From contig CAVZFK010000026.1 in assembly GCA_963774515.1 (NCBI GenBank), positions 119,461 through 183,460 of the forward strand: a stretch of 64,000 nucleotides of DNA. The letters run 5' to 3'. Numbering within the stretch: the first letter of the stretch is position 1; every line of letters starts with the position of its first letter. A program made the translations under genes and the position numbers. The DNA is from an uncultured Acidobacteriota bacterium. GTDB taxonomy: Bacteria; Acidobacteriota; Terriglobia; Terriglobales; Acidobacteriaceae. Of the stretch, positions 51,067 through 60,244 are shown one piece after another. The notes under the pieces are model-generated. The model searched no databases and was not told where the DNA came from. It saw only the letters and a list, made by a program, of their open reading frames with translations.

Positions 51067-51962
51067 TCAGACACCTAAAATGGACATCTGTAGAAAATAA
51101 TTTTCCGCTGAACCCCGGGATAGAAACGAAAACCCCATTGAAGCCGGAGCCCCGTGTCGCAACGACGGTCTAGTGTATCGCACCAGCCATTTCGACATCA
51201 GAAGCGATATTTCGGCACCGCGCCAAACAGATTGTCCATTATCGCCATCGTAAACGCCCATCCGGCTCCCACGTCATCTAGGTCATTCGCCGTATCCATG
51301 GGCAAGTCAAGCGGCTGATGACACGGCTTTTATATCGGAATGGAATAAAGAAGGCATACTTTTGAGCAGGCATCGATTCCACGAAATCGACCCGAAGATT
51401 TTCGCTGGAAATTTGTTTTTCATCGTGATTCGTATTAGTGCTAGATAGAGCTGGATTTTTTAGCTGCGAGGCAAATCACCCACAGGCCTCACGTGTACGT
51501 CCAGAAAGTTTTTCTAATCAGGCAGCAACATCGCCAATCAATTTGCCGTCATGCCTCAGCCGGTCGAAGCCGTGTAGGTTCTCTGACTGATCCATTGAAA
51601 AGAGCGGAGCAAGCAGTACGTTCACGCTGCATGCAAGCGCGGGTTGCGATCATCACCACGAGAGGGGATCAAACGAATGAAGTTCAAGCAGGGAACTGTT
51701 GCTGGCTGCGTGATATTGGGTGCAATGTTCTGCGTCGCCGTCACCATGCAGGCTCAGGTTGTCGGAGATCGTGCCACGGCGTCTCCAACAGCCCCTTCAT
51801 CGACATATCAGGAAAATCCCTCCCCAGTCAGCGCCAACGCCTATCAGCAGCAAGGCCCTCCTGGACCGAGCGGATTGTCGCGGCTGTTTTCCAGTAAAGC
51901 CTGCGGGGCAGGGCCCAAATCAGGAAGCTGGACTGCCGCAGCCAACGCAGCAACAAGGCGGC

Positions 51963-53288
51963 ATGAATGCGCATGTGCGTCGCGTGGGACCACCGCCATC
52001 GCTGCCCAATCCGTTGCCCTACGATCTGATCTTGCAGAATGGACATGTTATCGATGCAAAGAACAACATCGATCGCGTGATGGACGTCGCAATTAAGGAT
52101 GGCAAGATTGCCGCAGTCAGCGAGCACCTTGATCCGAAAGATGCAGTCAAAACCATCGACGTCACCAGCTACTACGTGACACCTGGACTGATCGACATCC
52201 ACACCCACGACTACGCATCCACCGGTGAAGCCCACTCCTATGCAGGCGATTACGGCATCTGGCCGGACGGTTTCACCTTCCGCAACGGAGTGACAACTGT
52301 GTGCGACGCTGGCAGCTCCGGCTGGCGTAACTTTGAGGACTTCAAAGAACACGTCATCGACCGCGAGCAGACGCGCGTGCTGGCGTTCATCAACATTGTC
52401 GGCGCAGGAATGCGCGGCGGACGGTTTGAAGACAATCTCGACGACATGCAGATGGTGCCGACGGCGTGGATGGCCATGCGCTATCCAGATACGATCATCG
52501 GCATTAAAAGCGCGCACTTCACCGGGCCGGACTGGTGGCCTTACATCCAGGCCGTCGGAGCAGGCAACATCGCGCACATTCCTGTGATGATCGATTACGG
52601 CGCGAATCGCATTGAGCGCCCTCTCTATGATCTGCTGACAAAATATCTGCGCCCGGGCGATATCTATACCCACATGTACTCCGGCCTGCGCGGCGAACAA
52701 GACGTGATGACGCTGGGCCCATCGAAGGCAATGATTGAAGGACGCAAGCGCGGCATCTACTTCGACGCTGGAACCGGCGGTGGCAGCTTCCGCTTCCGCG
52801 TAGCGGTCCCGATGATTAAAGCAGGCTTTCTGCCGGACTCCCTCTCGACCGATCTGCACGTCGACAGCATGAACTCCAGCACCAAAGGCATGCTCAACGT
52901 GATGGGCAAGTTCATGGCAATGGGATTGACGCTGCAGCAGGTCGTCGCCGATACCACGTGGCATCCGGCGACAGAAATTCAGCGTCCTAACCTGGGGAAT
53001 CTCTCAGTCGGAGCGCCGGCAGATGTGGCGGTGTTGAGCGAGGAACACGGGAAATACGGTTACCTTGATATGGACAACACCAAGCTGATGGGCGACACGC
53101 GGTTAGTGGATCAATTGACGCTCCGTGAGGGAAGAGTGGTGTATGACCTGAACGGCATCTCCATGGATTTGTGGAACCAGGAGCATCCGTCGAGCAATCC
53201 GCAGATGGCCAACCACTGGACTTCGTTCCGCCCGCGTCCGCCGCTGCCGGAGCAGATCGTTCCGAGACGCCCGCTGGAAAAGCAGTAG
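51963..53288 (+). CDS. Amidohydrolase-superfamily metallo-hydrolase (deacetylase/dihydroorotase-like). It may extend to ATG 51677 if a T4-run frameshift is corrected.
   Basis: YDLILQNGHVIDAKN...VTPGLIDIHTHD is the metal-binding HxH context. An upstream ORF in the -1 frame encodes a classic signal peptide (MKFKQGTVAGCVILGAMFCVAVTMQAQ) plus a P/Q-rich linker that continues in the amidohydrolase frame. Confidence 0.7.
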   Translation: MNAHVRRVGPPPSLPNPLPYDLILQNGHVIDAKNNIDRVMDVAIKDGKIAAVSEHLDPKDAVKTIDVTSYYVTPGLIDIHTHDYASTGEAHSYAGDYGIWPDGFTFRNGVTTVCDAGSSGWRNFEDFKEHVIDREQTRVLAFINIVGAGMRGGRFEDNLDDMQMVPTAWMAMRYPDTIIGIKSAHFTGPDWWPYIQAVGAGNIAHIPVMIDYGANRIERPLYDLLTKYLRPGDIYTHMYSGLRGEQDVMTLGPSKAMIEGRKRGIYFDAGTGGGSFRFRVAVPMIKAGFLPDSLSTDLHVDSMNSSTKGMLNVMGKFMAMGLTLQQVVADTTWHPATEIQRPNLGNLSVGAPADVAVLSEEHGKYGYLDMDNTKLMGDTRLVDQLTLREGRVVYDLNGISMDLWNQEHPSSNPQMANHWTSFRPRPPLPEQIVPRRPLEKQ

Positions 53289-53324
53289 CACAGTCGACAC
53301 GAAGAACCATCACCGGAGGAGAGA

Positions 53325-53786
53325 ATGCGTACCCCAACAAAAATCCTGCGACACGCTGTTTGTTTAGGATTGCTGTGGAGTGCGGCCGCCTCCTTCGGCG
53401 CTGAACCCAAGCCGGTCACCGTCAGTTGGCCGACGCTGCAGACGCTGAACTTCGACGTTCCTCAGTCGCAGCAGAAGGCTCCAGTACTCGCGCTGTCGGG
53501 GAAACGGGTGGCGATTCCCGGCTTTATGGTGCCGCTGGAAGATGATCTGGATGTGGTGACGGAGTTTCTGCTGGTGCCGTATGCGGGTGCATGCATCCAC
53601 GTGCCGCCGCCTCCGCCAAACCAGATTGTCTACGTAAAGATGGATAAGAATACCAAGGTGCAAGTGACTTTTACCGATCCGATTCTGGTCACCGGCACCT
53701 TGAAAATCTCGACCGTGCAAAGTCCTTATGGGGACGTCTCCTACGATCTTTCAGGAGAGAGCGTTGTTCCCTACCAACAGCAATGA
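53325..53786 (+). CDS. Secreted DUF3299-family protein
   Basis: A signal peptide is present, along with the DUF3299-like block FLLVPYAGACIHVPPPPPNQIVYV. A strong SD (GGAGGAG) lies upstream. Confidence 0.75.
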   Translation: MRTPTKILRHAVCLGLLWSAAASFGAEPKPVTVSWPTLQTLNFDVPQSQQKAPVLALSGKRVAIPGFMVPLEDDLDVVTEFLLVPYAGACIHVPPPPPNQIVYVKMDKNTKVQVTFTDPILVTGTLKISTVQSPYGDVSYDLSGESVVPYQQQ

Positions 53787-53798
53787 ACGCACTCACCA

Positions 53799-54500
53799 TT
53801 GGAGTCTGTATTGGAATCCGCTGAGGCGATCCATCTGCAGAATGTAGTGTTCGGATACGATCGCCGAACCCCGGTGCTGCACGTAGAAGAACTTGTGGTG
53901 AAGACCGGCAAGCGTGTGTTTCTGTACGGCCCCAGCGGTTCCGGAAAGACGACTTTGCTGGGGCTGATCACTGGAATTCTGCAGCCGCAGACAGGCAGCT
54001 GTAAAGTCCTCGGCCAGGAAATGACGAAGATGTCCATGTCTGCGCGCGATCAACTGCGCGGATCAGAAATTGGGTACATTTTTCAGAGCCTGAACCTCAT
54101 TCCTTATTTGACCGTTCAGCAGAACGTCGCACTTCCTTGCCACATCCACGCACGACGCCGCAAGAACATCGTGGCGCCTACAGTCGACAAAGAAGTTGAG
54201 CGATTAATCAACCGGCTGGAATTGGACACCCACCTTGATCGCGGCGTAAAGAAACTGAGCACCGGACAGCAGCAGCGCGTGGCGATTGCACGTGCCATCA
54301 TCGGCAAACCCAAGCTAGTGATTGCCGACGAGCCGACGTCGTCGCTCGACACCGATCGTCAGCAGGCCTTCCTCGAATTGTTGTTTGAGGTTTGCGATGA
54401 GGCCAAGGCCACACTGGTCTTTGTCAGCCATGATCGTTCGCTGATGACGCGCTTCGATGAACACATCGCACTGAGCGAAGTGAGCCGGGTGAGCGCATGA
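53799..54500 (+). CDS. ABC transporter ATP-binding protein (MacB/LolD-like)
   Basis: GPSGSGKTTLL, LSTGQQQRVAIARA and VIADEPTSSLD are present. The start codon is uncertain (TTG 53799). Confidence 0.85.
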   Translation: MESVLESAEAIHLQNVVFGYDRRTPVLHVEELVVKTGKRVFLYGPSGSGKTTLLGLITGILQPQTGSCKVLGQEMTKMSMSARDQLRGSEIGYIFQSLNLIPYLTVQQNVALPCHIHARRRKNIVAPTVDKEVERLINRLELDTHLDRGVKKLSTGQQQRVAIARAIIGKPKLVIADEPTSSLDTDRQQAFLELLFEVCDEAKATLVFVSHDRSLMTRFDEHIALSEVSRVSA

Positions 54501-55747
54501 TGATCCTCCAGCTGGCTTTCCGATCGCTCTGGAGCCGCAAATTCACCAGCGGTTTGACGGTATTCTCAATTGCGCTGAGCATGCTGTTGCTTGTCGGTGT
54601 GGACCGCATTCGCAAGGGAACGCAAGTGGGTTTCGAGGGCACGCTGAGCCAGACGGACCTGATCGTCGGACCGCGTGGAGGCTCGCTGCCACTGCTCCTC
54701 TATTCTGTCTTCCACATTGGCACGGCGAACAACAACATTTCCTACGCCACGTATCAACACTTCGCTCACCATCCTGCGGTGTTGTGGACGATTCCGATTT
54801 CCATGGGCGACAGTCATCGTGGTTTTCGCGTGGTCGCAACGGATGATAATTTCTACGAGCACTACCGTTATCGCGGCGATCATAGCTTGGAACTGGCGGA
54901 GGGGGTGCGGCCAGAGGGAATTTTCGATGCCGTGCTTGGCAGCACTGTAGCGGCGCAACTGCATTATCACCTGGGGCAGAAGATTGTTCTGAGCCACGGC
55001 CTGGAGGGCAGCTTTCTGAAGCACACTGCCGATCCATATACGGTCGTGGGCATACTGAAGCGCACGGCGACGCCCGTGGATCGAGCCATCTATATCACGC
55101 TGCTCGGCGACGAGGCCATGCATCTGGGGTGGGAGCATGGTGCACCACCACTCACGCCGATTCCTGAGTCGCAGATTCATGCTTCTGACCTGCATGTGGA
55201 CGAGATCAGCGCGTTTTTGCTGCGGACGAAGTCGCGCATCGGCACGCTGTTTCTGCAACGAGAGATCAACACCTATAAGCCGGAGCCCCTGACGGCCATC
55301 ATTCCAGCACTCACGCTGGAGGATTTGTGGAGCGTGCTGAGTGCCGCCGACGTTGCCTTGACGCTGGTGAGCGCAGCGGTATTGGTCGTCGGACTGTTGG
55401 TAATGCTGACCGCGTTGTATACGGCGCTGAACGAGCGGCGGAGAGAGATTGCCATCCTGCGCACACTTGGGCTGCATGCGCGGCAGATCTTCACGCTGAT
55501 CATTCTGGAGTCAACGCTGATCAGCGCGGTTGGCGCGATCATCGGCGTAGCTGCGGCCTATGTGATCCTATTTTTGGTGCGGGTTCCGGTGGAAAATAAC
55601 TATGGAATCCCGCTGGCTATGGTGGGGATTTCTTCGCGCGTGGTGTATTACGTGATTGCCGCCGTGGGAGCAGGCACACTGCTGGGCTTCATCCCCGCAA
55701 TTCGCGCCTATCGCAACGCATTGGTGGATGGCCTGAACGCAGGATAG
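54497..55747 (+). CDS. FtsX/MacB-type ABC transporter permease
   Basis: The layout is TM1, a large extracytoplasmic loop, then 3 C-terminal TMs containing RRREIAILRTLGL. Its start overlaps the ATPase stop (ATGA at 54497-54500). Confidence 0.85.
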   Translation: MMILQLAFRSLWSRKFTSGLTVFSIALSMLLLVGVDRIRKGTQVGFEGTLSQTDLIVGPRGGSLPLLLYSVFHIGTANNNISYATYQHFAHHPAVLWTIPISMGDSHRGFRVVATDDNFYEHYRYRGDHSLELAEGVRPEGIFDAVLGSTVAAQLHYHLGQKIVLSHGLEGSFLKHTADPYTVVGILKRTATPVDRAIYITLLGDEAMHLGWEHGAPPLTPIPESQIHASDLHVDEISAFLLRTKSRIGTLFLQREINTYKPEPLTAIIPALTLEDLWSVLSAADVALTLVSAAVLVVGLLVMLTALYTALNERRREIAILRTLGLHARQIFTLIILESTLISAVGAIIGVAAAYVILFLVRVPVENNYGIPLAMVGISSRVVYYVIAAVGAGTLLGFIPAIRAYRNALVDGLNAG

Positions 55748-55814
55748 ACCAGACTGCGAAGAATCGAAATTCGATGACGCCTCTGCGGGTAGACTGCGCG
55801 ATGCCGGGGGATTT

Positions 55815-57025
55815 TTAGACCACAACCATGGAACGCAGACTGGGAATCGATGAAACGCGATAGGCTGCGCGTGGTGTCCCAGTCTGAGCATCCAGTTCTG
55901 CTGCTATCATTCCACGATCCGAGGCTAGCCAGAGCGTTGAACCCGCCGAATGCATTGATGTAATTTCACCAGCGGGAAGAGTGATTTCGGAGATTCGCTG
56001 CAGCGTTCCCTTGTTGCGCATCGATGGTCCATGCCGTCAGCAACGCCGGACGTGTCCTACGCGATTGAGCAGCGAAAACGATGTTCTTTTCGGAAGAAAA
56101 ACAGATCTGCTGTTGGCGCGTTGTTCAGCGAAGCGTGACCGATCGGCACCGATTTCATTTGGAACCTAAGCGGAAGGCTGCGAGCGCTGGACGTAAGGCG
56201 TGCGCGACAACAAAGAGTTCTCCGTCCGGATGCATCGCGATCTTCGAGGGTCCGCTCCCTGCAGACGCATGAAATGCGAGCAGCGACGTTCATTTTGCCG
56301 GTACCGGAATCTCCGTCATCGCAGGTAAGGATGTCCAATCGCTCCGCGCCGTAATCGGCAGCAATCGCGATTCCCTTTCGCGGGTGAAATACAACATACG
56401 ACGGATGAGAGCTGGCCTGTTGCGTCTCGTGCTCTCCGCGCCCGACCTGCTTGAGAATGGCGGTAGGTGCTGATGGCAGGCCCGATTCGTCGATCTGCAA
56501 AACGTTATAAGCCCCGCCGCCAAACGCCGCGACCAGAAGACTGCGCCCATCAGGAGATATAGCCAGCGATCGTGGCTGGGTTGCAGAGAGTGATAGAGGC
56601 TGCCGCCCGACAAGTTCGAGCTTGCCTGTCGCTTGATCGAACGCGAAGGTTTCGACGGTACCACGCGGCTGATGTTGATAGAGGCTCACATCGTTCGCGA
56701 CGTAGAGGAGCGGCCGGAAAGGATGCCTCACGATTGCGGCAGGCCGCGCTGAGGGATGCGTGGTCAACACCCGAGTATTGCCGCTCTGAACGTGCAGCAG
56801 GTGTAGCGTTCCAGGATCTGCCGAGCCGAATGATCCGACGCACCCCAGCAACTCCCCTTCACCGTCTTCAAAAATTGAACGCACATGGGGCGAAATCGCA
56901 AAGATTGCTCCCCCCAGGCCCATGCCTGCAAGGAAGGCGCGCCGATTCACACGCGAATCGACCCGGGCACACGGCGTTTCAGAATTAGGGTGGAGACTTG
57001 CGTCGTTGGCGCTGAAATCGCTCAT
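55815..57025 (-). pseudogene. Tat-exported 7-bladed beta-propeller lactonase (6-phosphogluconolactonase-like family), 3' third broken by several frameshifts
   Basis: The Tat motif is NRRAFLAGMGLGG and blades such as RSLAISPDGRSLLVA are present. After about 56265 the homologous reading (AFHASAGSGPSKIAMHPDGELFVVAH...) moves to other frames. The C-terminus is at 55815. Confidence 0.65.
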
Positions 57026-58560
57026 GCTCGCACACTCATGCTGGAGTGAAAGACGTTGTTTGGATCATACTTCTGCTTGACCTGCTGAAGAAATGCGTAC
57101 AGACCATCGCGGCCATAGTAGAGCTCTGGCCAGTAAGAATAGCGCAGCATGTCAGAATCCGGATAATTCATGTAGCAGCCCTCATACCGGTCGCCCCATG
57201 GCGTTCCCTGATGATGCGGATCGACGTGGCTGCCGGTGTACAGGTCGGTGTAGAACTTGTCCAGCTGCTCGAGATGGATCTGGTCGCCGGATGCGTCGGG
57301 CCAGTAGCACTGCCATTGCAGCTTCATAATCGAAGACCGCTGCGCAATCGAAGTCTGATGCGCGAGCTCCGGCCGATTGATGGCGCCGCCGTAGGAATCG
57401 ACCGAGAGAACAGAGTTCTGCGCCGTAATCTGATCGGAATTGTAGAAGCGATAGATCGTGCTCGCCTCCGCCGGCGTGAAGCTGTGCTTCATATACGAGG
57501 ACTTGTATTTTCCACGGGTCGGCGAACCAGAACCGCCGCCGCCGATCGTAACGTCGAGTGCAGGGCGAACCGCAATCTCGTGGGCGTTATTCAGACCTTC
57601 CTGGCCTTTCTGGATTTTTCTTCCGGCAATCGAGGGCCCTTGTCTTGAAATCAGGCTTCCATGGGCCTGCAACAGCATGGGCTGGAACGCCGCAAAGCGG
57701 TTGAGGAATTCCTCCAGCACAGACAGATCTTTTGCCGTGCCGTCCGGCTGGCAGTACTGAATATAGATACCGAAATGTCCACGCTTTGCGGGAGTAATAT
57801 CCATCAGCGTGAAGAGGCCCCACGTGTCCGGATCCTTGCCTCGGCCCTCCCAATAATCCCCGTAGGTGGTGAGCATCTGGGTAAATCGATCTTCCGTCAT
57901 GGTCGCCCAGTCGAAGATCAGGTTGGCCTGAGCAACCTCGCGCGGAGCGGGCGGCAGCTTATCAAAGCGAAAGCTGGTGATGATGCCGAAGTTGCCGTTC
58001 CCTGCGCCACGGCACGCGCGAAGCAGATCGGGGTCGTGATCTTTGTCGACACGGCGCTCGATCACATTGCCTTTGCTATCGACGGTGAGAATATCAACGC
58101 CGGTAATCCAGTCGGAGGTGAGGCCGTGAAGACGCGAAAGAAAACCGTACCCGCCGCCGGAGATATGGCCGCCTGCGCCGACCATATAGCAACTTCCGGC
58201 CGGCAAAGTCAGATCATAGCGTTTATACAGCTCCAGATAGACATCGCCGAGCACTGCGCCGGGAGCGACGCGATACGGACCGTTTTCACCATCGCGATCC
58301 ACCGTGTTGCAGAGCGATAGATCAATCATCGCGCCGTGCGGATTGTTGCTGACGAAATCCTCATAGCAGTGGCCGCCGGATCGCACCGTGGGTCGAAGTC
58401 CCGCAGCAACCACCTTGCGAAGGGCCTGGGCAGTTTCTTCGTGTGAAGAACACAGCAAAATCCGATCCGCAGCATCCGCGTCCGAGGAAGGGAAACGCGC
58501 ATTGTGTCCCCGCTTGAGTGTGTCGAACCGGGGATCGTTGCGATTTACGACAACTGTCAT
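57022..58560 (-). CDS. BBE/VAO-family FAD-linked oxidase with both covalent-flavinylation motifs
   Basis: The FAD_binding_4 motif is RSGGHCYEDF (His site) and the Cys-site context is PAGSCYMVGAGGHISGGGYG. The C-terminal BBE-like end is YDPNNVFHSSMSV. Its stop overlaps the lactonase start (ATGA at 57022-57025). Confidence 0.8.
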   Translation of the reverse strand: MTVVVNRNDPRFDTLKRGHNARFPSSDADAADRILLCSSHEETAQALRKVVAAGLRPTVRSGGHCYEDFVSNNPHGAMIDLSLCNTVDRDGENGPYRVAPGAVLGDVYLELYKRYDLTLPAGSCYMVGAGGHISGGGYGFLSRLHGLTSDWITGVDILTVDSKGNVIERRVDKDHDPDLLRACRGAGNGNFGIITSFRFDKLPPAPREVAQANLIFDWATMTEDRFTQMLTTYGDYWEGRGKDPDTWGLFTLMDITPAKRGHFGIYIQYCQPDGTAKDLSVLEEFLNRFAAFQPMLLQAHGSLISRQGPSIAGRKIQKGQEGLNNAHEIAVRPALDVTIGGGGSGSPTRGKYKSSYMKHSFTPAEASTIYRFYNSDQITAQNSVLSVDSYGGAINRPELAHQTSIAQRSSIMKLQWQCYWPDASGDQIHLEQLDKFYTDLYTGSHVDPHHQGTPWGDRYEGCYMNYPDSDMLRYSYWPELYYGRDGLYAFLQQVKQKYDPNNVFHSSMSVRA

Positions 58561-58618
58561 TATGTCTCCGGGGCAGCGTCGGTGGAATACCATGGCTGCC
58601 CGATCAACGAACAGAAGT

Positions 58619-59945
58619 TCAGGCGGCGGAAGCGGGCGATTGCAGAATCTCCGAAAGACGATTGGCGATGATCATTTCATCTCCCGCCTGCATCTGCCAT
58701 GCCGTCACCTCTACGGTAGGATTCTTTGGCTTCTTTTCATCGTCTCCGTTACCGCCCACTCGAATGGAGCGCGGCCGGGTCGCAGCAAGCTGCTGCATCA
58801 CCTGCTTCGTGGTGAGAGAAATCTTGCTGGGATCCCAGCTGATCCTAAGGCTGACCGTGTGATTCGCAATCTGCTTCGGATTGAAATCGTAGGAAGTTTT
58901 CACGCCAGGAATTTTTGTCACAACGTCAGAGATGCGTCCGAGCTGCGCGTAATACTGCTGCAGAATCGCGTCCTGATCGGAAGCAACGAAGAGTTCCAGC
59001 GCCTTGAGCATGCCGCAGATTTCTTCTTTGCCGACTTTGCAAGGGCGACCGATGGTATCTTCCTGCGGACTCATATTCAGCAATGCGCAACGAATCAATT
59101 CCTGTTTGCCCATCAGCAATCCGGCAGCCTGAGGACCGCGAATATCCTTGCCTCCGCTGAAGGTGACGAGGTCATAGCCCATGTTGGTGTACTTCCACAG
59201 GCGCGAGATTGGCGGCGTATCGGCAGCGGCATCGTTGAATGCCGGCAGATTGTGCTCGTGAGCGATCTTTACGAATTCATCCACCTTGACGCGGCCCTTG
59301 TCATTGAACAAGTTTGTGAAGTGAAGCGCCGCTGTTCGCGGACCGATGGCCGCAATGAGTTCGTCGCGCGTCTCAACTTCAACCAGCTTGACTCCGGTTT
59401 GACGCACCTGGTGATCGAAGGGATAGCGATGACTCTTCTGAATAATCACCTCACTCTTCGGCATGCCGGTCAGGTCAGGAATCTGCTGAATGTATTGCGG
59501 ATTGTCGCCAGTCAGGATCGCCGCATACCCCACGAGCAGCGCCGCAGCGGCTCCTGCCGTCACCAGGCCGGTGTAGCCTTCCGGCATCTTGCAAAGCTCG
59601 GCCATCTTTTTTCCGGCCGCAACTTCCAGATCGTTGATCGGGACAAATTTTTCGTTGCCGAGACGCATGGCCTCGATCACTTCGGGATACATCAAAGAGC
59701 CGCCGAGTACGGTATAGGTGCCGGCGCCATTGATGACCGGAACCACACCAAGCTCCGCATAGATATCGCCCGTAGAGCCCGAGACCCGAGGTAATCGCGG
59801 ACATGCCACCCCCCGCAGGCGCAGTGTATGGCCCTCCAGCCATCAGAGTGGCGGCTTTTGCGTTTCTCACACTCCACAGGCCACCGAGGGCGACACCGAA
59901 CGTTGACAGAAAAGAGCGACGGCTCCAGGCAGATTTAAGATTCAT
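58619..59945 (-). pseudogene. SelA/DgaE-like fold-type-I PLP enzyme with a Tat signal. The signal and enzyme body are in different frames across a C6/G6 run (59809-59814).
   Basis: The Tat signal is MNLKSAWSRRSFLSTFGVALGG...AKA. The body reads IYAELGVVPVINGAGTYTVLGGS...DLVTFSGGKDIRGPQAAGLL, with a PLP-lysine context as in SelA-like lyases. Removing one G from the run joins ...PAG to VACPRLPRVSGSTGDIYAELG. Confidence 0.7.
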
Positions 59946-60244
59946 TGGTTTTGATACTCCCTCTCAGCGGAATACTTCTTGCAGGCTGCGGTGCTGGTCG
60001 TGGATCCGCTGCGTCGGCAGAATTTCAGGACTCCACATGCAGATGTTGATGAGCGAAGTGCCGTTTCTAGTTGAGCGCTGCAAGTACCCTTACAAAATGC
60101 AGCACTGTATGAATGGCATGATATTAAGTTCTATCCATCGCTGCTGCCACTACAAATTGCCTCTCTTATCCATAGGCCTTTTGCCCTAGCAGCAAATCTT
60201 TGTAATCTTTCTTTCTTTTATAAGCCAGAATTGTAAGGAATGTC

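Noticed and set aside
55766-55776. Small palindrome TCGAA-A-TTCGA in the convergent gap between the ABC permease and lactonase gene ends.
   Set aside because: It is too short and AT-rich to be a convincing terminator or operator.
58388-59794. Long ORFs antisense to, or out of frame with, confidently assigned genes. Examples are 58388..59794 (+), 43677..44762 (+), 51828..52964 (-), 54566..55477 (-), 60573..61433 (+), 30265..31215 (+), 6819..8006 (+), 9386..10276 (-) and 145..855 (-).
   Set aside because: Their translations are Arg/Ala/Gly/Pro-rich nonsense with no recognisable motifs. Each lies opposite a gene with strong family signatures. They are the shadow ORFs typical of GC-rich DNA.
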